The translations under genes and the position numbers were made by a program. DNA of 64,000 bases from Heteronotia binoei (lineage: Eukaryota), in contig NC_083223.1 of NCBI RefSeq assembly GCF_032191835.1, forward strand, positions 250,666,001-250,730,000. The letters are read 5' to 3'. Below are positions 25,575 to 45,553 of this stretch, in pieces (the stretch's first letter is position 1; every line of letters begins with the position of its first letter). The notes below the pieces were generated by a model. It made no database searches. It was not told the origin of the DNA and saw nothing but the letters and a program-made list of their open reading frames with translations.

Positions 25575-25760
25575 TTCAAAGCCACGGCTAAGCTGAAAAT
25601 CTGTTGCTATGGCAACTCCGTGGCTGCTAATGGGTGCTCCAGGAAAACGAGTCCCCCTTGAACGTTTGCGTGTTACGCTCTCAAACGCTCATGTAGGAAA
25701 AGGGTTAGCGTTCAGAAACCCGGTTTCCCAGCATTTCCTACCGCAGATAGAAACTGGATT
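25270..25760 (-). promoter_or_regulatory. CpG-enriched promoter/first exon/first intron region of BBS1
   Basis: Raised CpG density around the ATG. ETS-type CGGAAGT at 25276-25282 and ACTTCCGG at 25463-25470. YY1-like AAATGGCG overlaps the start codon. Confidence 0.55.
25603..25616. promoter_or_regulatory. RFX X-box upstream of BBS1
   Basis: GTTGCTATGGCAAC is a near-perfect palindromic X-box starting 29 nt upstream of the BBS1 ATG. RFX regulation of ciliary/BBS genes is established. Confidence 0.8.
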
Positions 25761-26075
25761 TGCAAAACTGTGACAGATGCTTAATGTTCAACTATCCTTG
25801 CTAATAGTGTATACAAAATCCTTAGGAATTTGTAATTCCTTTAACCAAAACTGTACATGCCAGGTACCTGTATTCTGTAGCAATGAGTTTCAGAGGTTTA
25901 TGGGAGATTATGAATATCCTTTGGTTTCTGTTCAAAATCTTTTGTTTGTCCATCTCATTGGGTGATTGAAGGCTTAAAGTTTGAAAGACAATAAATGATT
26001 CGAATCTACTTCTGCCCTCTTCCCTAAAATCATTTTGTCCAGTTGACAGAAAGTTGGGAAGCCATACAACCTCTT

Positions 26076-26287
26076 GGGGAGGGACGGTGGCTCAGTGGTA
26101 GAGCATCTGCTTGGGAAGCAGAAGGTACCAGGTTCAATCCCCGGCATCTCCAAAAAAGGGTCCAGGCAAATAGGTGTGAAAAACCTCAGCTTGAGACCCT
26201 GGAGAGCCGCTGCCAGTCTGAGAAGACAATACTGACTTTGATGGACCAAGGGTCTGATTCAGTATAAGGCAGCTTCATATGTTCATA
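26076..26287 (+). mobile_element. tRNA-derived SINE with CR1-type tail (Squam3-like; also about 30262-30500 + and 33650-33850 -)
   Basis: A box TGGCTCAGTGG and B box GGTTCAATCC, followed by GAGACCCTGGAGAGCCGCTGCCAGTC and a ...TATGTTCATA tail. Confidence 0.78.
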
Positions 26288-27949
26288 AGCTACTTTTGCT
26301 GTGAGTGTTCCAGTGGGTGCTGCTCTTGTACATGGCTGTACACAAGTAAGGTTTCCTGTCAAGATAAAGGCTGCCCTTTGTAGCACGGTGTACTTTGGAG
26401 GTAACTAGCACCCTTTTGCTAGTGATGTTATTGAGAGTACATACTTGGGTTTCTTATAATGCATGCAAAATAGCCAGTTTGCCTAAAGCACACACATACC
26501 TTCCTGGCTCTAGTATTTAAGTAACAGCTTTACATCTTGCCATGACTCACACTGAGAAAAAGGAGGAGGAGGAAATTGGTTTTATATCCCACCCTTCAAT
26601 CAGAGTCTCAGAGCAGTTTACAATCTCCTTTCCCTTCCTCTCCCCACAACAGACACCTTATGAGGTCTGTGGGGCTGAGAGAGCTCAAGGTCTGACTCAA
26701 GGTCACACCAGCAGCTGCATGTAGAGGAGAGGAGTGGGGAATCAAACCCCCAGTTATCCCAGATTAGAGTCTGCTCACTTAACCACTATACCAAACTCCA
26801 AATCAAGGCTTTGTTTGAGCAGGAACGCGCAGGAATGCAATTCAGGCTGACTTGACATCATGGGGTGTGGCCTAATATGCAAATGAGATCTTGCTGGGTT
26901 TTTTTTTTTTTAAAGGCCTGCTCTACATAATCAAACAGTGGTGAGGATGACAACTACCAGGGACTGAGAAAACACACATAAGCACTGTGTAAAGCCTCCA
27001 TGGAGGCAGGGGCACTACTCTCCAATGCTGCTTTAATTATTCAATCACATTTAACAGCCAGCTTGTGACAGTAACAGTCCAAGCCTCTAGTTATCATTTC
27101 TGCCTGCTCCAGCTCAAGCTCTGGGCATGAATTCTTCCATAGGTCCTTTAGCTACAGCATCAGGCTGTTGTGCTGCACTTTTCCTGCATAGGCCTGTTAA
27201 TATCCCAGGAAATGCTACCTGGTGAGGAATACTGCCCTCTCAAGTCGCAGTGAGGTTCGTGAGTTTAGGCCTTACTCATTATTTTCTTTGGATGGTCACT
27301 TTTACCAGTCACCTGTTTGCTCCATTTGGGGCCTTTATCATTCCCAGGGCCCGTCTTCCTTAGCCTTTCCACTATGAGGCTGTCAGTCCTCCTGTCTGTT
27401 CCTTAGTTTTCCCTGCAGATCCACCTCGTGCTTCCCTTTAACCTGCAGCAGTGCTGCTTCCTCCCTGAGAAATGCACCTCTTCTTCTGCTTCTTTCCCCC
27501 TGGGCTTAGAGTGCTTTGTCATAGGATTGCCAGCTTCTGCTTGGGAAATACCTGAAGATCTGGAGGTGGAGCCTGGGGCAGTAGGTTTGAGGAGAGCCCT
27601 GCTGGTGGATCTGATGGCACCTGGCCCTGCTTGTGGACCTCCTGATAGTACCTGGGTTTTGGCCACTGTGTGACAGAGTGCTGGACTGGATGGGCCATTG
27701 GCCTGATCCAACATGGCTTCTCTTAAGTTCTTAAGAGGAGGAATATCAGGATATAATGCGATAGGGTCCACCCTCCAAAGCAGCCATTTTCTCCAGGGAA
27801 ACTGATCTCTGTAATATGTAGGCCTCAACTGGAAGTTGGCAACCAGGCTCTTCTTCAAGTTGAAAAAGTTCCAATAAATATATTCAAATATGATCTAGCT
27901 TTCTACTTTACCAGCTGACCTATGGAAGGGCATGATGTATGACAGCCAC

Positions 27950-28071
27950 CAGGGCTTTTTTGTAGAAAAAGCCCAACAGGAACTCATTTGCATATTAGGC
28001 CACACACCCTGACACCAAGCCAGCCAGAACTGCATTCCTGTGTGTTCCTGCTAAAAAAAAAAAAAGCTCTA
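27950..28071. mobile_element. hAT MITE (CAGGGCTTTT family, short form; further copies about 26815-26920 and 51658-51782)
   Basis: Perfect 8-bp TSD ACAGCCAC at 27942-27949 and 28072-28079. The 51658 copy has ATTAGAAG/ACTAGAAG. Confidence 0.85.
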
Positions 28072-28489
28072 ACAGCCACCCTCAGCTTTAAGCCATGTGA
28101 TGTTTGCCCCCTAATTCACGGCTCTAGGATTGCAAACTTCAGCTCAAGAAATTCCTGGAGATTTGAGGGTGATAATGGGAGAGCAAAGTTTGGGAAAGAG
28201 AAGGGATGGAGCTCAGTGGGGATGTGATATTAGGATTTCCGTTTCTCTAGGACTATCATATACGATCTTTTATGACAAGTAAAATACTTTTAAAATAAAT
28301 CTTGTTATTCTTCAAGATGCCACTGGACTCCTGTTTGTTATGAACAGCATTGGAAATGATGTGGTAACTAAAAACAAAACCAGTTTAGCAACCTTTTAGA
28401 AAAGCCACATTTTTTTTCCTCAATATTAGAAGCAGAAAAGGCATAAACTCCTTTTTGTGGATATGGCATGGCACTAGGGTTGCCAAGGT

Positions 28490-28905
28490 CAAGTCATGCC
28501 ATAGTATTCCCTGATACTATGTATGGGTGTGAAAGTTGGGCAATGAAGAAAGCAGATTCCTTTGAAATGGGGGTGTTGCAGAAAAGTTTTATGAATACCT
28601 TGGGGTGCCAGAAAAGACAAATAAGTGGGTTGCAGACTAAATAAAAAAACTGTCTAAAATCTACAATGGCTAAACGGAGGCTTTCGTAATTTGGTCACGT
28701 TATGGGAAGACAAGAGTCAGTGGAAAAGACGATAATGCTAGGAAAAGTTGAAGGCGGCAGAATAAAGGGAAGACCCAAGATGGATTGACTGAAAAGAAGC
28801 CAGGGCCATCAGTTTGCAATATCTGAGAATGGCTGCTAACCATAGGACATTTTGAAGAATGTTAAATCATAGGGTCACCATAAGTCGACATACACAGCAT
28901 TGCCA
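28490..28905 (+). mobile_element. BovB-like RTE LINE 3' fragment
   Basis: GTATTCCC..TATGTATGGGTGTGAAAGTTGG and TTTGGTCACGTTATG..GTGGAAAAGACGATAATGCTAGGAAAAGTTGAAGGC follow the BovB 3' end. Confidence 0.8.
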
Positions 28906-29199
28906 GCTCTGGGTTGGAAAATACCTTGAGATATTTGGGGGTGGCGTTTGAGAGGAGGTAGATATAATGCCATGGAGTCCACCCTCCAAAGCAGCCATTT
29001 TCTCCAGGAGGGGCTGAACTTGATTGTCTGAAGATCAACTGTAATAGTGGGAGATCTCCAGTTGCCACCTGGAGGTTGGCAGTTTCCCACAATTTCTGAT
29101 CAAGAGGTTGCTTCTACTTTCTTCCCCCTCTTGAGGGAGAAAGCAAAACCGCAGCACCAAAAGGAATCAGGAAGTCCTGTCTATGGCTAGTCTAGTTCA

Positions 29200-29720
29200 A
29201 CTCTATGGTTGAGAGCCATAGAGAACACGAGTGCTGGGGGCGGGGATTGCGTAAGAGACGGCCAGGGCGAGGGAGAAGGCATGGCTAAGGCCGGAAGCTG
29301 CGGCAGCGGGGAAAACATGGCTGTGAACGGGGCAGGTAGGTGAGGGAAGAGGCGTATCCATGGCAACCGCTGCTGTTGGGCCTGGCGAGCGGCAAGCCTT
29401 GAGGTTTGGCCGATTCTCGTGGGCGAGGAGGAGAGGTTTGAAGGCAACGGGGCCTTTTGCTTCTCCATCTCACCATCGCTCATCCTTTCTCCATCTCCCG
29501 GCATAGGATACGACGATGCGGATTGGGAGCCTCCGTCCGAGGCGGAGCTGAAGGTGATCCAGGCCCGGCGTGAGAGACAGGACAAGATCAGCAAGCTAAT
29601 GAGCGAGTACCTGCTCAAGGGTTACCGCATGCTGGGCGAGTGCTGCGAGGACTGTGGGGTGAGGCAGCTAGGGCTCCCCTGAGCATGTGCAGAGTGTGCG
29701 CAGGGCGAGAGGGCCTTCTG
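29200..29720 (+). promoter_or_regulatory. CpG island / promoter of ZNRD2 with an intronic X-box
   Basis: CpG-rich. GC box near 29239, CCGGAAG near 29291, X-box-like GTATCCATGGCAAC at 29354-29367 in intron 1. Confidence 0.6.
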
Positions 29721-32512
29721 AGGGCCTGTGGAGAGGTATCCCTCTACCTCACTTTTTCTCCCCGGGGAATCAGGCCAGCCTACATAGTTGGAAGATTTCT
29801 TTCGGGTCCTCCAATTCAACCCCTGCAGCTGCAGCAGCCCTGTTTGCGGAAAGACTTCTTTGGAAGGAGAGATGGTGTTTTTCATTGTTGAACAGCTCTC
29901 TGCCATCGACCTTCCTTCTTCCATTTAGGCGTAGGTTGGCCAGAGGTGTGATTTGGCTAAAGTCTCTGGCTCCATGGTGGAATGGGGAATGAATCCAGAT
30001 TTTCTTTCCCTCTAACCACCAAATTACTCTGGCTTGAATTCCTTCGTAGTGTCTCTTACACAGATGGTTTCATTCTGAAACACACACGCTTCCCACAGAC
30101 CTCACAAGGGTCTCTTACTTTCCACTGTTGCTTCAGTGGAAGGCATCCCTTGGATTCAAAGGCACTGATATCCTCAAAGTAAGAGGATCTTGTGTGGTCT
30201 GTGGGAAACTTGTGGTGTGGATCACAGAAAGGGTGGGGACTGGAGACTGTTGGGAGGTAAAGTAGGGAAGGGCTGTGGCTCAGAAGATGAGCATCTACCA
30301 CTGTGCAGGAGATCCCAGGTTCAATTCTCATCATCTCCAGCTAAGGCAAGCAGATAATAGATGATGTAAAAGATCTTTGCCTAAGATGATGTAACCTCTA
30401 CCTAAAGTGATGTGAAAGACCTTTACCTGAGACCCTGGAGAGCTGCTGTTGTTCTGAATAGACAACACTAGTCCTGAAGGGTCAAGGATTTAGTTCAGTG
30501 AAAATGTATTCAGATTTTTGATATGGTGTTTTGGGACTCCACAGCACTGGTAGGAAACAGGTGATACACACACACACAAAGGCTGCAGCTGTTCTCTGGG
30601 AGCATTGGGAAGAAAGGACTCCAAGGCACACTCCTGGAAGAGAAGGGCAATGTAACCCTAGAAGTCCTTCTGGTAGACAATATGATGCAGAGTCATTGCC
30701 TTCAGTAGGGAATGCTGCTTTGCAAGCTGAGCTAAGTATTTTGAAGCATGGCCCGTATATTGTGTGTCTAAAGTGCTGTCAAGTAGCAGCTGATTTATGG
30801 TGACTGCAGCAAGGGGCTTTCAAGGCAGAGACGTTCCTCTGCAGAGTCTTCCTTGATGGTCTGCCTTCCAAGTACCTTCCAAGGGGCCTTCAAGCAAGTA
30901 AGAAGCAGAGGTGGTCTGCCATTGCCTTGTTCTTCTGAGATTCTTTAGTGCTCTCCATTCCAAGCTGCTTAGCTTCTGAGATCTGATAAGATCGGGCTAT
31001 ATTGTGCTGCCTTTCCTTACATTAAGAATATGGCACTGAATCTTTTTCTCCAGTGTTCCTTAACGTAGGGGAGGCTGGCTTGTGAAGTAGAGGAAGAATA
31101 TGTCGGTCATTTTCAAGGAGATAAAAGTTTCTGCATGCCATTTGTGATTTTCACATATGGTATTGTACAGCTCTTTTCCTCAAAGAAAAAGTAATGAGGA
31201 CTGGAGTTCTTTTACAAGAAGAGGTAACCAGTTGGTAATCAGGAAGCACAAAATGTTGACATTTCTATGGGAGTTGAAGATTATGTATATGACAGAGTAG
31301 CCTCAGGTAGGTGGTATCAAAGGATTTCATGTGCACATTTCAAAGTGAAGGTGTCTCTTGCTTTCTTCCTTAGCCCCTGACGTCCTTTGACAACTTTTGT
31401 TTATTCAGTATGCAGCCTGTTCACCTGGGTGTGCAATAAGATGGTGTCTTTCAAGTTGTTAGCTACACTTGACGTTGTCCAGGGTGTATTTTCTGTTATT
31501 ATTACTTGCTAAATTTGTTTCACTTGTGTTGTTTATGGCAAACTCCCAATAACCTCCTGTGTCCTTCCAGACTATTTTGCTGCAAGACAAGCAGAAGAAA
31601 TTCTATTGTGTTGCCTGCCAAGAACTTAATTCTGATGTTGACAAAGACAATCCAGGTATGTCCAGAGAAGCAGAGAGAGCCTGTTGCTGTTCCAGTTTAA
31701 TAGCTATTTCTAAAGTAAATTGACTGGGAAGGATTGAAGTCCTCAGTCAGAAAGTGGGATTTCTTTCCCTCACCTCCATTGGACTGGAAGAAGGACTCCC
31801 ATATTGGAGGTTTGTTCACTATTGTGACTCAATTTCTGTGATCTTGGACGCATATTTAAGGCCATTGTTGCTACAAAAAGCAGCCATTGTTCTCATGTTT
31901 GTGTTCTGCTGCTTTGTCAACTGCAACTGAGCCTGTTGCATTGTTCACTGGATATGCCCTTGCAAGCAAAAAACTTTGACTTGACAAAAGGCAGTTAAAT
32001 TGTGGCTGGATCCTCCGGTACTGCTGCCTTGCTGTTTTCTGTTGGGGTGCTTGCAAGAGACAGGGTGGTAATATAGGCACAGGCTGGGGGAATAAGACCC
32101 TGAGGATCACCCCTGTGCTCTTTTCTCTCCTACTCTAGCCCTGAATGCCCAAGCTGCTCTGTCACAGGTGCGCGAATGCCGGCTGGCCTCCAATCCTGAA
32201 GACACCACTTCACCAGAGTACTCCACCCTGCCAACTCCCCGCCATGTGCCACGCCCGGAACACTGTGAAGGGGCAGCATCAGGACTCAGAGCATCCGCCC
32301 CTGTTCCAGTCCTCCCAGTCTCTGTTCCGGTGCCTCCCTCGCCACCTCCCACCAGCACCCTGGCTGCAGTAGAGGAAGCAATATTGCAGAAGATCAGCTG
32401 GGCTGGCCGGGAGCTCCAGCAGAGCACCTCCATTGAGATGAGCATACAGCTCTGCTCACTCATCCGCTCCTGTGCGGAATCCCTAAAGGGTATCAAGGAA
32501 CTGCTGCAGTGA
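29317..32512 (+). CDS. ZNRD2: Zinc ribbon domain-containing protein 2 (SSSCA1), 4 exons, 209 aa
   Basis: Exons 29317-29335 (MAVNGA), 29507-29658 (WEPPSEAELKVIQARRERQDKISKLMSEYLLKGYRMLGECCEDCG), 31571-31655 (TILLQDKQKKFYCVACQE) and 32139-32512 (PRPEHCEG...QLCSLIRSCAESL..*). Total 630 nt in frame; two CxxC pairs form the zinc ribbon. Confidence 0.96.
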
Positions 32513-34495
32513 GACAGCTTGGTCTTCTCAGGGCACAAAAGGAACAGAGGCTATGCCTGTAACACCAGTGGGGTGTGTGTCCCTTTTAGAAACTAGAGTC
32601 TGGGAAGTTCAGCTAAGACGGCATTTCTGACTCTGATTAAAACTCATGCTCTTTGCCTCATTCTGGTTGTCTTGGAGCTTTTGATAGTTCATTGGGGATT
32701 CAGGGCTGTAGGATTTAAAAAATGGAAGGGTCCTTGGGACCCTCCAGTCCAGCTCCCTGCGCAGTTCATGATAACCTAAAACATCCCTGACAAATGGTCT
32801 GACAGCCTCTGTGTAAAAGTCACCAAAGAATGAGAACCCACCACATCTCTGAGCAACCAGTTCCGCCATTTCTTACACGCCCAGTGGAATGCTATTTGCC
32901 ACTTTGGGGTTAGGTAGCAATTTTCTTCAGGGCAGTTTGGCAAGAGATCCTGGAGGTAGTTTTTTTTTGTTTGTTTTGGGTTTTTGTTCTTTTGGGGTTT
33001 TTTGCCATTTTCTGAGTATTGAGCAGGTATCACGGGAAATGTGTCGGGAGAGGTATTTGTGAATTTCCTGCATTGTGCAGGGGGTTGGACTAGTTGACTT
33101 TGGAGGTCCCTTCCAACTTTCTATCCCTCACGGTTAAATAGTTTTTAACCAAGATCTTTGGGTGGGGCTCATGCCACAGTGGTAAAATGAGTGTGTTGGC
33201 CTTTTCTGCCAGGGACTATACAGTGCAGGCTTCCACAGTGTGTGACCTCTCCCCACACGTAGCCCCACCAGCAATGCATGTTGTCCCCTTCTCAGGAGCT
33301 CAGAGAACTTCCTGCAAGAGGAAGGAGCCTGGTGGCCAAAATGCATGGCTGTTGGACTATGTTTGGCTTGTATAGACATAAATGTGGTGGTGGTGGGCTT
33401 ATAACCATGAGGGTTCTCAAAAGCTGCTTCATTGTTTCCATATCACATAAAGACCAAATAACTACTCAGAACTGTGTATGAGAAATTTACCTTTAGGACC
33501 TTTTGACCTCAATGTTTGAGAAATTTCAGAGCCCCAATGTCAATATTTTTAACAAAATATATAATTGTGCAACACTTACAGATATAAGAATGTGAAGGCA
33601 GGGCTGTTACTCTAAAGCCTGACAAGTAAGAAAACAGGTCCATCAGACCCATGAAACCACCTTATGCTGCATCAGAGTCTTGGTCCATCTGAGTCAGTAT
33701 TGTCTATTCATACTGGCAGCAGCTCTCTAGGGTCTCAGGCAGGGTCTTCCACATCACCTCCTACCTGATCCTTACTGTAAAGGGCAGGGACTGAACCTGG
33801 AACCTGCAGCATGCCAAGCAGATGCTGTGCCACTGAGCCACAGCCCCTCTCTGGTCCCCATTCCTACAATATTTTCTAGGTCTCACTTTTCCGAGTCTAT
33901 TTCAGGATTTACAGAGTAGTCTGAACTGTTTTTGTTCCCTTTTTAGTGATCAAATGTTGCCCTGTCTTTAGCTTTCCCCACCACACCTGGAAAAACCAAA
34001 GTGCCATGAGGCAAGAGCATCACCATCCCATCAGCTAGTTGTGTGAGGTTTGTGCCAGCTCACCCAGAGGACAAGGAGGATGAAAGCACAAAGACTGATC
34101 ACCTGGCAGCCTTCCAGATCTGCAGTCTGAAAGCAAAACTGCAGTGGGTTTCTCTCTCCAGCAAGGGTGCAATGGGCATTGGCGCTTAATAGAGGTTACC
34201 TAGGGTGAGAATGGTAGTGTGTTGTTATAATCCAACAGATGGGGCACATAAGCCTATTGAAGTCAGTGAACCTCAGCACGCCTCACCATGCAGAGAATCA
34301 GGCTTCACAAGCATGCGAGTGTGAAATAGGCTTATGTCAGTCAAAATGGCTGCAACTTGCAGGAAGAGTGGGCTTTTGCTAGAGCTCTTGCTAGAGGGCT
34401 GTGTAATTTTGCAGTCAAGGATACCTGCTGGATAGCCTTGAGCTAAGGCCCTGGAAAAAGGGAACAGCTGCATCTTTTGATTTTGAGTCTTTAAG

Positions 34496-34792
34496 GAAAG
34501 GAAAGGTCCCCTGTGTTAGCACCAGTCGTTTCTGACTCTGGGGTGATGTTGCTTTCACAATGTTTTCACAGCAGACTTTATACAGGATGGTTTGCCATTG
34601 CTTTCCTCAGTCATCTATGCTTTCCCCCCAGCAAGCTGGGTACTCACTTTATCAACCTCAGAAGGATGGAAAGCTGAGTCAACCTCGAGCCGGCTACCTG
34701 AAAACCCAGCTTCCACCGGGGATCGAACTCAGGTCGTGAGCAGAGCTTAGGACTGCAGTACTGCAGCTTTAACACTGCGCCACGGGGCTCTT
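34496..34792 (-). mobile_element. Sauria SINE (Squam1-type)
   Basis: Reverse complement of the 1206-1500 family, full length. Confidence 0.85.
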
Positions 34793-35149
34793 AAAGCCAC
34801 ATGGCAAAGACACGGCTGGAGAACAACTTGCCTCAGATGGCGAATTGTAGGCTGCCATGAATTGATAGCAAGTTGTCAGCTATTCAGTTAAAGCCTGGGA
34901 ATAGCAAGGAATGTTCAGCTGAAGTTTCGTCAATAAGAGCTGATGAGCGAACAGGTGCGTGCGCCTGTGTGGGCCCTTTACCTGCAGTGGTGAAGCCTGA
35001 GAATGGTGCTACCTGCAGGTATGCGGAAAGAAAATATTGATTCTGGAGGGAGAGATGTAAACAGCTTTATTTATATCCAGCACCCTCTCTCCACAGGAGA
35101 CTTGGGGTAGCTTATGACATTTAAAATACAATAAATACAAATAAATCCA

Positions 35150-35800
35150 GTAAGTATAAAACAGTAAAACCAATTAAACATCAATTTGACAAGCCAATCT
35201 GAAGGATTAAAACAGCTGGCCCACTCCCCAGTTTGTAGTGCTAACCAAAGGCCCTGGAAACAAAGCAGCTCTGCATGCCCTATGGAATGCTGCATGGTTC
35301 TGCAGGGCACAAACTTCCCTAGGAAGCTGGTTCCACAGAGAGGGGACAGCTGCTGAAAATGCCCATGCCCTGCTGGTTGATAGGAGGGCAATTCATGGGC
35401 CAAGCATCTAGAGAAGGCCCCATGAGGAGGCAAGGGAGTCATTCTGGGTGATGCAGTCACACAGGTAAGATGGTCTCAGACCATTTCAGGCTTTATAGGT
35501 CAAAACCAGCACTTTGAATTTGCATCAGAAGCTGACTGGAAGCCAGTGCAGGTGCTGAAGTATTGGTGTTATATGTGCAGACCAAGGAGATGCTGTCAGA
35601 AATCGGGCAGCCACATTCAGAGGTGTCTTCAAAGGCAGCCCTACATAGAGGACATTACAGTAATCTCTCATGGAGGTCACCATTGCATGGGTCATAGTGC
35701 TGAGGTTAGAGCAGGATAGATAGGCCAGCTGGTAGGTGATAAAATGCTGTCTTTGCCACCCTGGAGACATGTTTTTCCGAGTGCACTTCATTTAGTTGGA
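35150..35800 (-). mobile_element. L2 LINE fragment
   Basis: THAMVTS.RDYCNVLYVGLPLK...HITPILQHLHWLPV is an L2 ORF2 C-terminal motif. Confidence 0.8.
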
Positions 35801-37212
35801 GTAGAAACAGCCTAGAGGTATTTAAACTGTTGCATTGTGGAAGGGGAAGGGGGTGAGCAATTTGGCTGATGCTGGAGTAGCTTGTTTTTGTACTTTACCT
35901 GTGGCTCTTCTACACTCTCATTCTTCTTGGCTCCCCACATCTATCTATCTAGGTGGCTCCATATGTGACTACCACATGTTTCAAGCCTACAACACCCCCA
36001 TATCCCTGGGAATTGGAAATTATCCTCCCCCCCCAGGCACGACTGGGATATCTCTCTTGCTTCATCAGCTGCTATTGTTATAATGTGAGCAGTAGTAGGA
36101 GCAAAGTGCGCCTAGTTGGATGGAACTGAACATCCCAGCCCTGGTCTCCTTCCTAATTGGGAGTGTGTGTGGGTGCGTAAAATATGGCAATCTCTCATCC
36201 CTTTTGCCTTCCATACTAGCCAGTCTTTTGGCAGTAATCCATTTTGCTCAAATCTAGAGGCACGCTCTTTTATTTTCAGTTGTGCCAAGGCCAGGTGGCA
36301 GAGAGTCCCACCGGCTTCTAAAGCAGTCCAAGGAGCGGTGGGATCCCTCCTTTCCTTAAGCTGCCGATCCTTCTGGGGGCTGATTGGACGAAGGAAAGTC
36401 ATTCTCTAGACTCAAGAGACGCTAGTTTGCATGAAGCATGGCTCCGGCTGATGAATTATTGGGGGCCGGGCAAGCACTCTGCACATGCTCCGGGGGACGT
36501 TTCCCTCTTGGCACTTGGGAAGGGGGCTGCCCAGATGGAGGACGGCTCTTGTTCTGCCCAGGCCGGGCCCTCCTGTCGGCGGTTGCGGCTGTCGCCCCTT
36601 TAAGCCGCGTCCTTGCGCGCTCAGGGGAGGCGAAGGCAAGCAGGGGCGCTGCTGCGGGTGTGGCCGCCGCGATTGCAGCAGCGCGAACAAAGGCGAGGGG
36701 CGCCCGGTGGCCCGGCTCGGCGTCAGCGTCTTGGTCCTCTGGGCCACTTTTCGGCCTGGCTCCCCTCCACCTCCGCCGGCGTCTCCCGAAGGAAGCATCA
36801 AGCAGGGCGCACGGCTGCTGTGCAGCACGGCGGGTGTGGGGCTGAAGCAGCGGCCCAGCAGCAGCCCGATGGCTTCGGAGCGAGCGGCGGCCTGGGAAGG
36901 TTAGCCCGGCGATCCAATCGAAGGCGGCTGCGTGGGGGTTCCGCGGGGTTTGGCTCCGGGGCCTGACTTTTGGAAAAAGGGCCCCGAGAGTTCCTCGGAG
37001 TATCGGCAAAGTGTGGCCGAGGGCGCGCTGCCTGCGCCGGGACTGGGGCTTCCTTCCAGCGTGGCGCCCCGGCGGGCCCACGCCGCGGCGCTTCTGCCTC
37101 GTAGCGGCTCCATATATGGCTGGGACTGGCCGCCTCTTGAGGTTCCCGCGTTGTTCTTCGCTGCCGCTGCCTTGAGCGCCGCGGGCTGCGCCCTCTCCGC
37201 CTCCGGGCCGTC

Positions 37213-44934
<7,722 letters not shown>

Positions 44935-45241
44935 GGCGGCCTCTGCCACAGAATTGCCTTTCCCAGTGATGTGGGGAAAAGTCTGACAATAAATTAGGAA
45001 TTTTTTATAGGGTTGAGGAATGAGGCATGTTAACACGGGCAGTTTGTGGCTGGTTTGGGAACCGCCCGTGAATATGCTGTAGGGTTTGCACTTAACCAGT
45101 AGTAGTTTAATGTTTTATTACCACTGGATAGAGCCAGTGGGATCCTGTTGATAATTCTTCTGAGAGAGACTTTTATGCATGGACAGTGCAGGAGTCGAGT
45201 ATGCTCTTTCTGTCCTTCAGGGCACAGATAAACGTCTAGAG

Positions 45242-45553
45242 CAGGGGTCCTGAACATGGTACCCATGGCTGCCATGGTGTCTGCCAATATCTTTCCTGGT
45301 GCCCACCAAGTGTTTTTAGAAAGAGGGTGGGGCTCTTCTCAAGCAAAGTTTCCGGTTGGCTGTGCAGATTTTTAAAAATGTTGCTTTGGCAGAAGCTGCC
45401 TCAAGTACAAGGATCTTCACTGGGTGACAAAGTAAGCTTCAGCAGCCATTTTGTGGCTGGTTCCACCTGTGGCAGCCATTTTGTTGCCACATCTATCCTT
45501 CTGTGTCAGAATTCCAAATGTGCCCACAGGCTCAGAACATTTAAGGACCCCTG
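45242..45553. mobile_element. hAT/Charlie-like MITE in the putative FAM89B 3' UTR
   Basis: TIRs CAGGGGTCC...GGACCCCTG; flanks GTCTAGAG/ACCTAGTG share a central CTAG, typical of Charlie targets. Confidence 0.65.

Noticed and set aside
26076-26150. Apparent tRNA gene
   Set aside because: Continues into a SINE body and tail and has diverged relatives in the window; no clean acceptor stem or T-run terminator.
34921-34975. CTGATGAGCGAAC, hammerhead- or C/D snoRNA-like
   Set aside because: GAAA is incomplete, the cleavage triplet would be GUG, stem I cannot form, there is no terminal stem, and the site is intergenic.
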